Shown in pieces: positions 1 to 7,830 of a stretch of DNA of 32,209 bases (position 1 is the first letter of the stretch; each line of letters begins with the position of its first letter). The position numbers and the translations under genes were made by a program. The notes beneath the pieces are model-generated. The model saw only the letters and a program-made list of their open reading frames with translations, did not search any database and had not been told where the DNA came from. The stretch lies in assembly GCA_041166845.1 (NCBI GenBank), contig JBEEGK010000020.1, forward strand, positions 1 through 32,209, read 5' to 3'. Source of the stretch: Acidobacteriaceae bacterium. Its GTDB lineage: Bacteria > Acidobacteriota > Terriglobia > Terriglobales > Acidobacteriaceae.

Positions 1-992
1 TCGTCAACTTTTTCCTTATCGCGTTTGTCTTCTTGTTCAGTCTTCGAAATTTCGTACGACTTGTTCCGAATCCCCTGCACCCGGTTGTAGATCTTTTGCA
101 ACTTTATTTCCTGTGTATCGCTCGGAGAAATGAGTTTCTCCATCGCCTTGCGCTTGCCAATAAACTTTTCTAGGAGTGCGTAACGTTGTTTCCCAACTCT
201 CTGCCAATACTTTTCCGGGCTTGAGTCGGGGAGTTCGTCCTCATAAATAAACTCCACTCGGGACTTCAATTCATTCGCGGGCGGCATGAAATCTTCCTCA
301 TTGAAGGCCGGAACATTTGTAGTCTCCATGCGAATGATATGGTCCGGTCCGTTCCGAGGTTCTGATCCGGGCGGCAGGCCCTGCCAACTCCAGTGGAGAT
401 TAATTGAGGAGTAAGGGCTGGTGTATGGCTTTAAAGAAAATTGCGCTCGCTTGGTGAACAGTTCTTCGCTCAGGATCCAGTGAGAGTCGTAGATGTATTG
501 ACCTAAAAAGTTCACGGTGTAGGAATATTCAATGATGCCGCCAACTTCGACATCTGGAAGCGTGAAGGTTTTGGCGGCGTACCCGATTTTCTTTGTCTTC
601 ACTAAAGATTTTTCAAACACCTTACCGTCGAAGTTCACGACGGAGCCGTCTGGCCTTATCGTTCTGCCGTTGATGTGTACGATCTCCTCTCTGCTCTTTG
701 CAAACTGGAGTTCAACATCCGCGTGCTTGCGCCCTTCCTCGGTCAGAATCTTAATTCGGAGATAATTATCTTCGTGCATGGTGCCGCGTCCGTCGTCGTC
801 GCGGTCAACCTGGTGATAGAGAATGATGGCGGACGCTCCGGGCGCAGCCGGTTCGCTCTTCATCCTCAGCTCTTCGGAGGAAATTGGCGGAAATCCGTCG
901 CCAGCAGCCCGTGAGGTGGAGACGTAGATCGCAAAAATAAGAAGAACGATCCGCGGGAGACACAAGGTCCGAAACCATTTACCAAGTGGCAT
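1..992 (-). CDS. DUF3857-type secreted protein (N-terminal part of a transglutaminase-associated architecture). The C-terminus lies beyond the window start.
   Basis: Absent from the ORF track because its stop is outside the window. My minus-strand translation from ATG 992-990 stays open to position 1. It begins MPLGKWFRTLCLPRIVLLIFAIYVSTSRAAG (signal peptide). It continues ...SAIILYHQVDRDDDGRGTMHEDNYLRIKILTEEGRKHADVELQF...INGRTIRPDGSVVNFDG...KTFTLPDVEVGGIIEYSYTV. I associate this pattern with DUF3857 domains; the family assignment is from memory. Confidence 0.65.
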   Translation of the reverse strand, partial: MPLGKWFRTLCLPRIVLLIFAIYVSTSRAAGDGFPPISSEELRMKSEPAAPGASAIILYHQVDRDDDGRGTMHEDNYLRIKILTEEGRKHADVELQFAKSREEIVHINGRTIRPDGSVVNFDGKVFEKSLVKTKKIGYAAKTFTLPDVEVGGIIEYSYTVNFLGQYIYDSHWILSEELFTKRAQFSLKPYTSPYSSINLHWSWQGLPPGSEPRNGPDHIIRMETTNVPAFNEEDFMPPANELKSRVEFIYEDELPDSSPEKYWQRVGKQRYALLEKFIGKRKAMEKLISPSDTQEIKLQKIYNRVQGIRNKSYEISKTEQEDKRDKEKVD

Positions 993-1108
993 GGCAATCC
1001 CTTTTGAAGTGGCAACGAGCTTAATTCCCGGGTATAAGAGGGCCGAACACTTGTTTCAAAGGGCGATTGCGCGCGCCCCTGACGAGTGCTTCATCAGTGT
1101 TGGCCGCA

Positions 1109-1137
1109 AAATTACAGGGGCGAATTCGTCTTGTCAA
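1109..1137 (-). promoter_or_regulatory. Candidate sigma-70-type promoter for the DUF3857 gene
   Basis: On the minus strand: TTGACA (1137-1132), a 17-nt spacer, then TAATTT (1114-1109). This sits about 110 nt upstream of ATG 992. Positions 1, 2 and 6 of the -10 hexamer match consensus. Confidence 0.3.
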
Positions 1138-1357
1138 GCATGGGCGTCACCGAGTGATAAACCTGTGCTCGATGAAATAATCGTCAATTGGCGCAACGCT
1201 TGAGCGCCGCGAAGGGCATCTGAAACCATCTGCGGTCCGAGGCTTGGCAGGCTAAGTAGGAGACGTCCAGCTCCCGCCACGATATTGGCCAACATTTCGA
1301 AAGATTCTGCCGCTTACCACGAGGAATTGTTTGGTCGCGAAATGCACTTTGGCCCTG

Positions 1358-2383
1358 CTACCCGATCAAATTCAAAAAGCGCTCTGGATTATTATCGAAC
1401 TCCGGAAAGACTTCGGAGAGATTCTGCTTGCCCAGATGTCGATAGATCACTTCACCCAGGACACGTCGCCAGTCGGTCGTCACTGCGAGATCAAGTCCCA
1501 TATGCAGCTGTGACGGGCTGACGCCGGGCCAATCTCCGTAAACTTTTCTCCCCTTTACATTCGCACCCAGCACGAACATCACACTTCCATGGCCGTGATC
1601 TGTGCCGCCCCGATTGTTTTCGCCGACGCTTCTTCCAAATTCAGACATGGTAACCACCACGGTATCTTCGCGAAGAGTCCCCAGATCTGACCAGAACGCA
1701 ATCAATGCAAGCGAAACTTCGCGTAGTGAGTCTGCCATCTGACCTTCGAGGGCGCCCTGATTAGAGTGATAGTCCCATCTCCCCATCTCGGAGGACAGAA
1801 CTTGCGTTTGAGGGTTGGTTTTCATTAATTGCGAAAGTTGCCTCAGGTTTTCGGCAAAATCGCCAGAGGGGGTTTGAGCGCCTGGGATGGCCTCAAAATG
1901 TTGTCCCGCTAGAAAAATCTCCGCTGACGACCTTACCTCTTCGCTCCCGCAGCGACTCATCCAGCGGCTGTCTGCTCCTCGCTCGCGGGGAATGGCGCAC
2001 TCCATGAAATCTTGGGCCTCGAAATGTTTTCGACTTGGGCGCGGAGAGCCGGTCGCATGAACAATCGCCAACTGCCCTTGCTGCCACAGCAGCTCAAGAC
2101 TCGACATCCCGGGATGCAATCCGAAGAAACCGTCGAGATCAATCACTGCGCTCCTGGGAATATTGATGGTCGGCCTCATTTCATAGTAGGCAGGCTCTCC
2201 ATGCGGCACGACCATATTCAAACCGTCCGCAGCGCCTCGCAGAAAGACGACAACCAGCCGCTTGCTTCTACCGTGCGTGAAAGTTAAGGCATTCGCTGGC
2301 CCGTTAATGAGAGAAGGAATTATGCTCGCGCCTGCGAATGCAAAAGCGCTTTTTCGAAGAAACCTACGGCGGGTAATGGACAT
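1358..2383 (-). CDS. DUF1501 domain protein (sulfatase-like fold) with a twin-arginine signal
   Basis: N-terminus MSITRRRFLRKSAFAFAGAS is a Tat motif. Also present: VVVFLRGAADGLN, HATGSP..S.KHFEAQDFME, and VVVTMSEFGRSVGENNRGGTDHGHGS, which is typical of DUF1501. Confidence 0.85.
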   Translation of the reverse strand: MSITRRRFLRKSAFAFAGASIIPSLINGPANALTFTHGRSKRLVVVFLRGAADGLNMVVPHGEPAYYEMRPTINIPRSAVIDLDGFFGLHPGMSSLELLWQQGQLAIVHATGSPRPSRKHFEAQDFMECAIPRERGADSRWMSRCGSEEVRSSAEIFLAGQHFEAIPGAQTPSGDFAENLRQLSQLMKTNPQTQVLSSEMGRWDYHSNQGALEGQMADSLREVSLALIAFWSDLGTLREDTVVVTMSEFGRSVGENNRGGTDHGHGSVMFVLGANVKGRKVYGDWPGVSPSQLHMGLDLAVTTDWRRVLGEVIYRHLGKQNLSEVFPEFDNNPERFLNLIG

Positions 2384-2413
2384 GAAGACACCAACTCGAT
2401 GGGCAAATCGCGA

Positions 2414-3709
2414 CTACGTCAAGAAAAGACGTGCGTGACTCATCTTATGTTGCAATGCGGCGGCGAGTTGGTCAATGTCGCCTGCCGAGATTTGGATACC
2501 AGCCTGGTCATCCAAAAATGGCATGCGATTGCTGCCGACTGCATCACGCCGGATCTGTACCAGCAGGCCTTGCACCGCATTGGGATCGAATTTCTGCGGA
2601 GCCATGCGCACGATCTCACTAAGCGTGCCTCCCAACGAAAGCCGCTCGCGATAAGGACGTTCACTTGTCATCGCATCGAAAGTATCGGCAAGGCCGATAA
2701 TTCGTACCGGCATGGGAACGTCTTCCATCATTAGTCCATCGGGATAGCCGGAGCCATCCCCGCGTTCGTGGTGCCAACGGACAATTTCTGGAATCTGCGG
2801 CCATGGAAACTGTACACCGCTCACGATTTGATGCCCTACTACCGTGTGGTCCGCCATTTCACGAAATTCTTCCGGATCGAGCGATGTTGCTTTGGCAAAG
2901 AGACGCTTGTCCACTGCTACCTTTCCGATGTCATGCAGATAGCCAGCGGAGCGCAGTGCGGCAACTTCAGCCTGCTCCATGCCCATGGCTTCTCCGATGG
3001 CGGCGGCGTAGCGTCCAACGCGCAGAGAATGTCCATGAATATTGATGTGCTTTACATCAATTGCGGTGGCGAAGACCTCCAGAGCATTTTCATAAAATCC
3101 ATGTACGGAAGCCATGAGCCGCAAGTTTTCCGAAACTCGCTGCGCCAGAGTCTGGCTGAGAGAATGATTATGAATCGCGAGTGCTACGTAATTGCAGAGC
3201 ATCTCGAGCGATTCAAGATCGTCTTCATCGTAGAGCGCGTCGCCATCGCGGCGTCCGAGCGCAACTATGCCTACTAGTTTCCCTCCCACTCGCAATGCGG
3301 CAATGCAGCGAAATAATTCCGGCGCGACATTGCCGTTGGAGCTCAGAAACGCGTCGTAGGATCCCTGACTTAAAAGTATCGGTCCGCGTGAAGCACTCAG
3401 CGCATGAACGTGTTTCGGAAGCAGTGGAATGATGGCAGGCTCGGGCATGAGAGCAAAGCCATCGCTGGCAATGGAGGTCAACAGCGAGGGTTTGTCGCTG
3501 AAAGTGAAAAGCACAGTTTCGCGCGCTCCGCCGGCCTGTTGCAGAGCCGACAGCATGGACCTCGCCGTCTGCGAGAAGTCGCGTCCCGCCGTCATCTCGG
3601 GGCCGAGATCGGAGAGCGCTTCAACCGTGCGCAGGAGTCGCCGGAATTTGTCCTTCTGCACTGCCACGCTGAGTGGGAGCAGAAAACCAGAGCAAGGAGA
3701 GAGTACCAC
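2414..3709 (-). CDS. GAF-domain / HD-GYP-domain protein (putative c-di-GMP phosphodiesterase)
   Basis: GAF-like central region (VGGKLVGIVALGRRDGDALYDEDDLESLEMLCNYVALAIHN). This is followed by HGHSLRV..., YLHDIGK and WHHERGDGSGYPDGL, the HD...HHE..DGSGYP signature of HD-GYP. Confidence 0.85.
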   Translation of the reverse strand: MVLSPCSGFLLPLSVAVQKDKFRRLLRTVEALSDLGPEMTAGRDFSQTARSMLSALQQAGGARETVLFTFSDKPSLLTSIASDGFALMPEPAIIPLLPKHVHALSASRGPILLSQGSYDAFLSSNGNVAPELFRCIAALRVGGKLVGIVALGRRDGDALYDEDDLESLEMLCNYVALAIHNHSLSQTLAQRVSENLRLMASVHGFYENALEVFATAIDVKHINIHGHSLRVGRYAAAIGEAMGMEQAEVAALRSAGYLHDIGKVAVDKRLFAKATSLDPEEFREMADHTVVGHQIVSGVQFPWPQIPEIVRWHHERGDGSGYPDGLMMEDVPMPVRIIGLADTFDAMTSERPYRERLSLGGTLSEIVRMAPQKFDPNAVQGLLVQIRRDAVGSNRMPFLDDQAGIQISAGDIDQLAAALQHKMSHARLFLT

Positions 3710-3761
3710 GCGCGGAAATTACTTTAGCGCACGGTTCTGTTGGTTAGTTTGGTGCTGCAAT

Positions 3762-4337
3762 TCAACGGCTTGCACGCTTTCGGACGGCTTTGAATGTCAT
3801 CTCGTTCGCCGAACTTCCCGTTCTCTTCTTCCACTCAAAAAAAAGGCCCGCATAATTTTGCGTCATATAGTTTTTGGGGTCTACGTTCAGCGAGCGCGCG
3901 GTTTTATCGATCCAGCGCGAGGGACCCTCGATCTCTCCAAAATTGCCGATAGGAGTTTGGTCCACGACGACGTGACCATTGCCATCGCTCCACTCTGCGC
4001 GAAATTTCTCGTAACGGAATGACGGAGAATATCCCCGCGCGTGCAAGATGGCGTCCATCTTCATCCCGTCCTCAACTTTTGTCTCAGTTTCCACGCGCGT
4101 TTTGTGGCGGCCCTCTTTACCCTTCGCTTTGTGAGTCAGCACCCAGTCCGCGCCGTATTTGCGCAACCGCAGCAACTCGCCGCTGTTGGCGAGCTTTGCT
4201 CCTGGGAGATCGTAGAGAGTATTCACCTCGTGCGTGCGTGGAGTGACGAGGCGAAATCCGGCCTCGCGCAACTGTCGCGAAAGCGCGTGCATGTTGTCAA
4301 TCTTGAATTTGATTTCGATTTCTTTGTGTGAGGCCAT
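3762..4337 (-). CDS. CYTH-domain protein (CyaB-like class IV adenylate cyclase / triphosphate tunnel metalloenzyme family)
   Basis: MASHKEIEIKFKI carries the ExExK CYTH signature at the N-terminus, and the protein is about 190 aa. The ORF-track version (3762..4541, TTG start) has a 68-aa N-terminal extension. That extension is out of frame with, and overlaps, the rhodanese read-through segment, so I trimmed it to ATG 4337. An alternative start is ATG 4379-4377, which overlaps the upstream TAA as TAATG. Confidence 0.8.
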   Translation of the reverse strand: MASHKEIEIKFKIDNMHALSRQLREAGFRLVTPRTHEVNTLYDLPGAKLANSGELLRLRKYGADWVLTHKAKGKEGRHKTRVETETKVEDGMKMDAILHARGYSPSFRYEKFRAEWSDGNGHVVVDQTPIGNFGEIEGPSRWIDKTARSLNVDPKNYMTQNYAGLFFEWKKRTGSSANEMTFKAVRKRASR

Positions 4338-4378
4338 GGAAGTAATGGGACTATCTCGTGGTTCGAGACTGAAGGTCA

Positions 4379-5350
4379 TTAATTGAAGGTTGGAAGCTTT
4401 ACTAACTCGTCCGCCGGAACCGACTCGAGAGGCTGTCCAGCCTTGCGCCATGCCGTTAAGCCACCGACGATCACGAGCGCGTTGAATCCTTTTTCTCTCA
4501 GCATAAGCGCCACCCGGGCGCTGGTCGCTTCGCGTGCTCAAGTACAGTACACATAAATATCCTTATCTTTAGGAAGTGCCTTTAATTCTCTCTCCAGGTC
4601 ATTCGGCTCGATGCGAATGGAGCCTTTCATTCGCTGCGCTTTGGCGTCGTAATAACCATGACTGCGAACGTCCACGATTAGGACGTTGTCTTTCTCCTCG
4701 GACTTCAGCCTGCGCGCAAGTTCTTCCACCTGAACTCGCGGCACGACTCGGTAAACCTTGTTTTTCTGATATACCCATAGGCGATAGGCCACGTAGGCAA
4801 CGACCGCGGCAGCGAGCAGGTCTGAAAAAACGTGCCCGGTTGTCTGTATTCCCCGGGTCATCACCATGAGAAAGTCGCGGAAGACGAAGCCGAGAAGGCC
4901 GTAAGTCAGAACGTAAAGGGCTGCTCCACCAAAATCATAAAGAAGGAACTGGCGTGGGCGCATTTTCATGCTGCCCGCGAGCGGCGGCGCCATGGTATTG
5001 AGGCCGGGAACGAACTTGGCGAAAATCAATGTCACTTTTCCACGCTTATAAAATGATTCCGCCGAGTTGAGAATGCAGGCTTCCGGATTCAAAGATAGCT
5101 TGCACAGAAAGCCCAGGAGCGCCCATCCCATCATGCGTCCCATGAAAAACAGCAAAATGTCGCCGAGAATAAATCCGCCAATGGCAATCGCCAGCAGGAT
5201 GGGCACGGATAAACTTCCGGTTGCCGCCGCAGATCCTGCCGCGATCAGGGCCAATGCCGCGGGAAACGGCAGCCCTATAGCCTCGGCGAAGACGGCCATA
5301 AAGATAAACACGTACCCGTGATGTGCAAGCAACGCAAAGAAATGATTCAT
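4379..5350 (-). CDS. DedA/VTT-family membrane protein fused to a C-terminal rhodanese domain. Candidate selenoprotein: in-frame TGA at 4540-4538 read as Sec, giving a 323-aa product. A conventional stop-at-TGA call is 4538..5350 (270 aa).
   Basis: The N-terminal ~190 aa are multi-TM and DedA-like (FAEAIGLPFPA..., FAKFVPGLNTMAPPLAG). The rhodanese first half follows (NVLIVDVRS..., MKGSIRI, DIYVYCT). After TGA the same frame reads AREATSARVALMLREKGFNALVIVGGLTAWRKAGQPLESVPADELVKLPTFN before TAA at 4381-4379. This supplies the missing rhodanese second half. Confidence for the 4538..5350 part as a real gene is about 0.9. Confidence for Sec read-through is lower. Confidence 0.6.
4500..4529 (-). promoter_or_regulatory. 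SECIS-like stem-loop downstream of the in-frame UGA
   Basis: mRNA sequence: UGA GCACGCGAAGCGACC AGCGCC CGGGU GGCGCU UAUGC. The upper stem AGCGCC/GGCGCU is 6 bp (4522-4517 paired with 4511-4506) and the apical loop is CGGGU (4516-4512). A possible 4-bp lower stem (A-U, G-C, C-G, G.U; 4529-4526 with 4503-4500) lies across an internal loop. The loop starts about 21 nt after UGA and is G-rich. This fits my recollection of the bacterial SECIS geometry. Confidence 0.4.
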
Positions 5351-5395
5351 GGAATCGTGAATCGGGTTGCTCCCAGCTAACGAAACAGATGGACG

Positions 5396-6385
5396 CTACT
5401 TCTCTCTCGCCACCACGAATTCCGGAGCCCACAGCAACGCCCGCTTGATCTCGCTATCAGGAAAGGTGCAGATGGAGTTTCGCGCCAGTCCTGCATATTT
5501 TGCGGCGCATGCGTAGGCGGCATCCAGCGAACCATAATGGTTCAGAAGCGCGAGAATCTCTCTGTGGCTCACACTATCGAACATTCTTTCGTTCACAACC
5601 GTCTCGACCAGATCGCGTTCTGCGGGAGTGCAACGCTCCAGCGCGTGAATCACAGCCATGGTTACTTTGCCTTCGCGCAGGTCGCTCGCCACCGGTTTGC
5701 CCAGCACTTTTTCCGAAGCGGTGAGATCAAGCACGTCGTCCACGATCTGGAAAGCCATCCCGAGGTTGCGTCCATATTGCGCGAGATTGTCTTCCTGTTC
5801 CGCAGTGGCGCCCCCGAGAATCGCGCCCATACGCATGCAAACGGCAAACAGGCAGGCCGTTTTACGGAAGATCAAATCAAAATGTTCGTCCAGCGTGATG
5901 AGTTTGCCCAGCTTTTCCATCTGGAGCAACTCGCCTTCGACCATCTGCTGAGTGAGATCAATCAGAGTATCGAGGACGCGAAAACTTCTCTCCTGCAGCG
6001 CAACCTTGAAGGCCTGCATGTAGAGCCAGTCGCCGGCCAGTACGCACTTCGAATTTCCCCACTGTGTATTCGCAGCGGGACGTCCGCGACGCGTTTCCGC
6101 CTCATCAATAATGTCGTCGTGCACGAGGGTGGCTGTGTGAATAATCTCCACTACCGCGCCCAGCTTGATGGCGCCTCGACCTTCGTAACTGAAAAGTTTT
6201 GCGGAAAGCAAAAGAAGCGCGGGACGGATGCGCTTGCCTCCTCCACCACGCAAGTATTCGCCGATCTCAGTGATCGCTTCGACGCCCGAGACGGTGTCGC
6301 GTCCGAACTCACGCTCGATAGCGGACAAGTCCTCGCGCAGCATCTCGAAGATTTCTTTGCCGTTGATGGCGGCGGGTGTGCTCAA
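5396..6385 (-). CDS. trans-polyprenyl diphosphate synthase (IspB/HepT-like; chain length not determinable)
   Basis: First DDxxD motif in LVHDDIIDEAETRRGRP and second in FQIVDDVLD. The 329-aa size is typical of long-chain polyprenyl synthases. Confidence 0.9.
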   Translation of the reverse strand: MSTPAAINGKEIFEMLREDLSAIEREFGRDTVSGVEAITEIGEYLRGGGGKRIRPALLLLSAKLFSYEGRGAIKLGAVVEIIHTATLVHDDIIDEAETRRGRPAANTQWGNSKCVLAGDWLYMQAFKVALQERSFRVLDTLIDLTQQMVEGELLQMEKLGKLITLDEHFDLIFRKTACLFAVCMRMGAILGGATAEQEDNLAQYGRNLGMAFQIVDDVLDLTASEKVLGKPVASDLREGKVTMAVIHALERCTPAERDLVETVVNERMFDSVSHREILALLNHYGSLDAAYACAAKYAGLARNSICTFPDSEIKRALLWAPEFVVAREK

Positions 6386-6422
6386 TCGTTGGCCCTGGTT
6401 CTCCCGAGTGATAGTGCTGAAT

Positions 6423-6920
6423 TTAATTAGTACGGTAGTTAGTGAATTGCAGATCGAGGCCTAAATCTTTTTGCCGCAGCAGCGCGATAATGTCCTGCAG
6501 CGAGTCGCGATCTTTGCCGCTTATCCTGACCAGGTCCCCCTGAATTGAAGCCTGAACCTTCTTCTTGGATTCTTTCACGATCTTGACGATGTCTTTGGCT
6601 TTTTCGATTGGGATTCCCTGTTGCATCGTGATGCGCTGCTTCGATGTGCCACCGGCAGCCGATTCTATAGGGCCGTAAGTCAGGCCTTTCAGCGACACTC
6701 CGCGCTTGACCAATTTCGCTTGAAAGACATCGTTCACAGCTTTGAGTTTGTACTCGTCCGCCGAATGCATCACGATGGCGTCTTTACCCTCGAGCTCGAT
6801 GTTCGATTTCGAGTCTTTCAAATCAAAGCGCGTGTGGACCTCTTTCAGAGCCTGCTGGATCGCGTTAGCGACCTCTTGCAGGTCGAGCTTGCTGACAATA
6901 TCGAAAGTATTCTCTGGCAT
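6423..6920 (-). CDS. yajQ: YajQ-family nucleotide-binding protein (UPF0234)
   Basis: 165 aa. MPENTFDIVSKLDLQEVANAIQQALKEVHTRFDLKDS...LQFTNYR is the characteristic YajQ start and end. Confidence 0.9.
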   Translation of the reverse strand: MPENTFDIVSKLDLQEVANAIQQALKEVHTRFDLKDSKSNIELEGKDAIVMHSADEYKLKAVNDVFQAKLVKRGVSLKGLTYGPIESAAGGTSKQRITMQQGIPIEKAKDIVKIVKESKKKVQASIQGDLVRISGKDRDSLQDIIALLRQKDLGLDLQFTNYRTN

Positions 6921-6978
6921 GCTGTTTAGCTTCTGCTTGCTAGATTAGCTTGTCCCCGCAAAAGATGCACTAATCAGG

Positions 6979-7791
6979 CTAAATGGACTTTGCTATTTCG
7001 TGAAGCGAAAAGAACCGGTAAAAATTGTCTGCGGTCGTCGCGCCTATTTCTTCCCCGGAGAGTTGTAGTATTTCCCCCAACTTTTTGGCGGTTTCTTTCA
7101 CAAACGCGGGCTCGTTACGCTTGCCGCGATGCGGAACCGGGGCGAGAAAAGGCGCATCCGTCTCGATAAGAATTCGTTCAAGCGGGACGTCTTTGGCAGC
7201 ATCTCGAATCGGCTGCGCCTTCGGAAAAGTTATGTTGCCCGCGAAGGAAATCATGAATCCCATGTCCAGCGCCCGCTTTGCGTGACTGGGCGCGCCGGTG
7301 AAGCAGTGCAGGATGCCGCCTATTCCTGTGGCTGCCCATTGCTCGTTCAATAAATCGAGGCAGTCATCCCATGCGTTCTCGCTGCCATCAGACGGACGGC
7401 AGTGAATCACGATCGGAAGCTTCGCCGCTCGCGCAAGCTCCATTTGCCCAAGAAACACGCTTTGCTGAAGCTCGCGCGGCGAATGATCGTAGAAGTAGTC
7501 CAGACCAATCTCTCCCCAGGCAATTACTTTAGGACGCTTCGCCAACTGTTCCAGCTCCTTGAAATCATCTTCCGTCGCGAGCCTCGCCTCATGGGGATGA
7601 ATTCCGATAGTCGCGTAGATAAACGGATATTTTGCGGCCAATTGAATCCCGCAGTCCAGGGACCCCGGCCCGGTACCGCTCCCAATGGCAACCACCGTTG
7701 CAACACCCGCTTCTCGCGTGCGCTGAATCACCTGTTCGCGATCGGCATCGAACTGTTCCATCTCGAGATGGGCGTGGGAATCTACGTACAT
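6979..7791 (-). CDS. tatD: TatD-family metal-dependent hydrolase/DNase
   Basis: MYVDSHAHLEM..., IGEIGLDY, VIHCR, ILIETDAPFL. Placement directly downstream of metG is a common arrangement. Confidence 0.9.
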   Translation of the reverse strand: MYVDSHAHLEMEQFDADREQVIQRTREAGVATVVAIGSGTGPGSLDCGIQLAAKYPFIYATIGIHPHEARLATEDDFKELEQLAKRPKVIAWGEIGLDYFYDHSPRELQQSVFLGQMELARAAKLPIVIHCRPSDGSENAWDDCLDLLNEQWAATGIGGILHCFTGAPSHAKRALDMGFMISFAGNITFPKAQPIRDAAKDVPLERILIETDAPFLAPVPHRGKRNEPAFVKETAKKLGEILQLSGEEIGATTADNFYRFFSLHEIAKSI

Positions 7792-7830
7792 GGTGTCAGA
7801 ACCGATCTTTGTTTCTTCTGCGGCCGAAGG

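Noticed and set aside
2768-4022. Plus-strand ORFs 2768..3277 (169 aa) and 3429..4022 (197 aa), and 7402..7992 (196 aa) further along
   Set aside because: They are antisense to the HD-GYP, CYTH, and tatD/metG genes respectively. None has a recognisable motif.
4338-4541. The 5' part of the ORF-track entry 3762..4541 (259 aa; MSTRSDQRPGGAYAERKRIQ...)
   Set aside because: It uses a TTG start and has a low-complexity, Arg/Gly-rich composition. It lies out of frame over the segment that, in another frame, encodes a clean rhodanese second half. The CYTH domain signature starts only at MASHKEIEIKF (ATG 4337).
5537-6430. 297-aa plus-strand ORF antisense to the polyprenyl synthase gene
   Set aside because: Shadow ORF. 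The opposite strand carries both DDxxD motifs and a full-length synthase.
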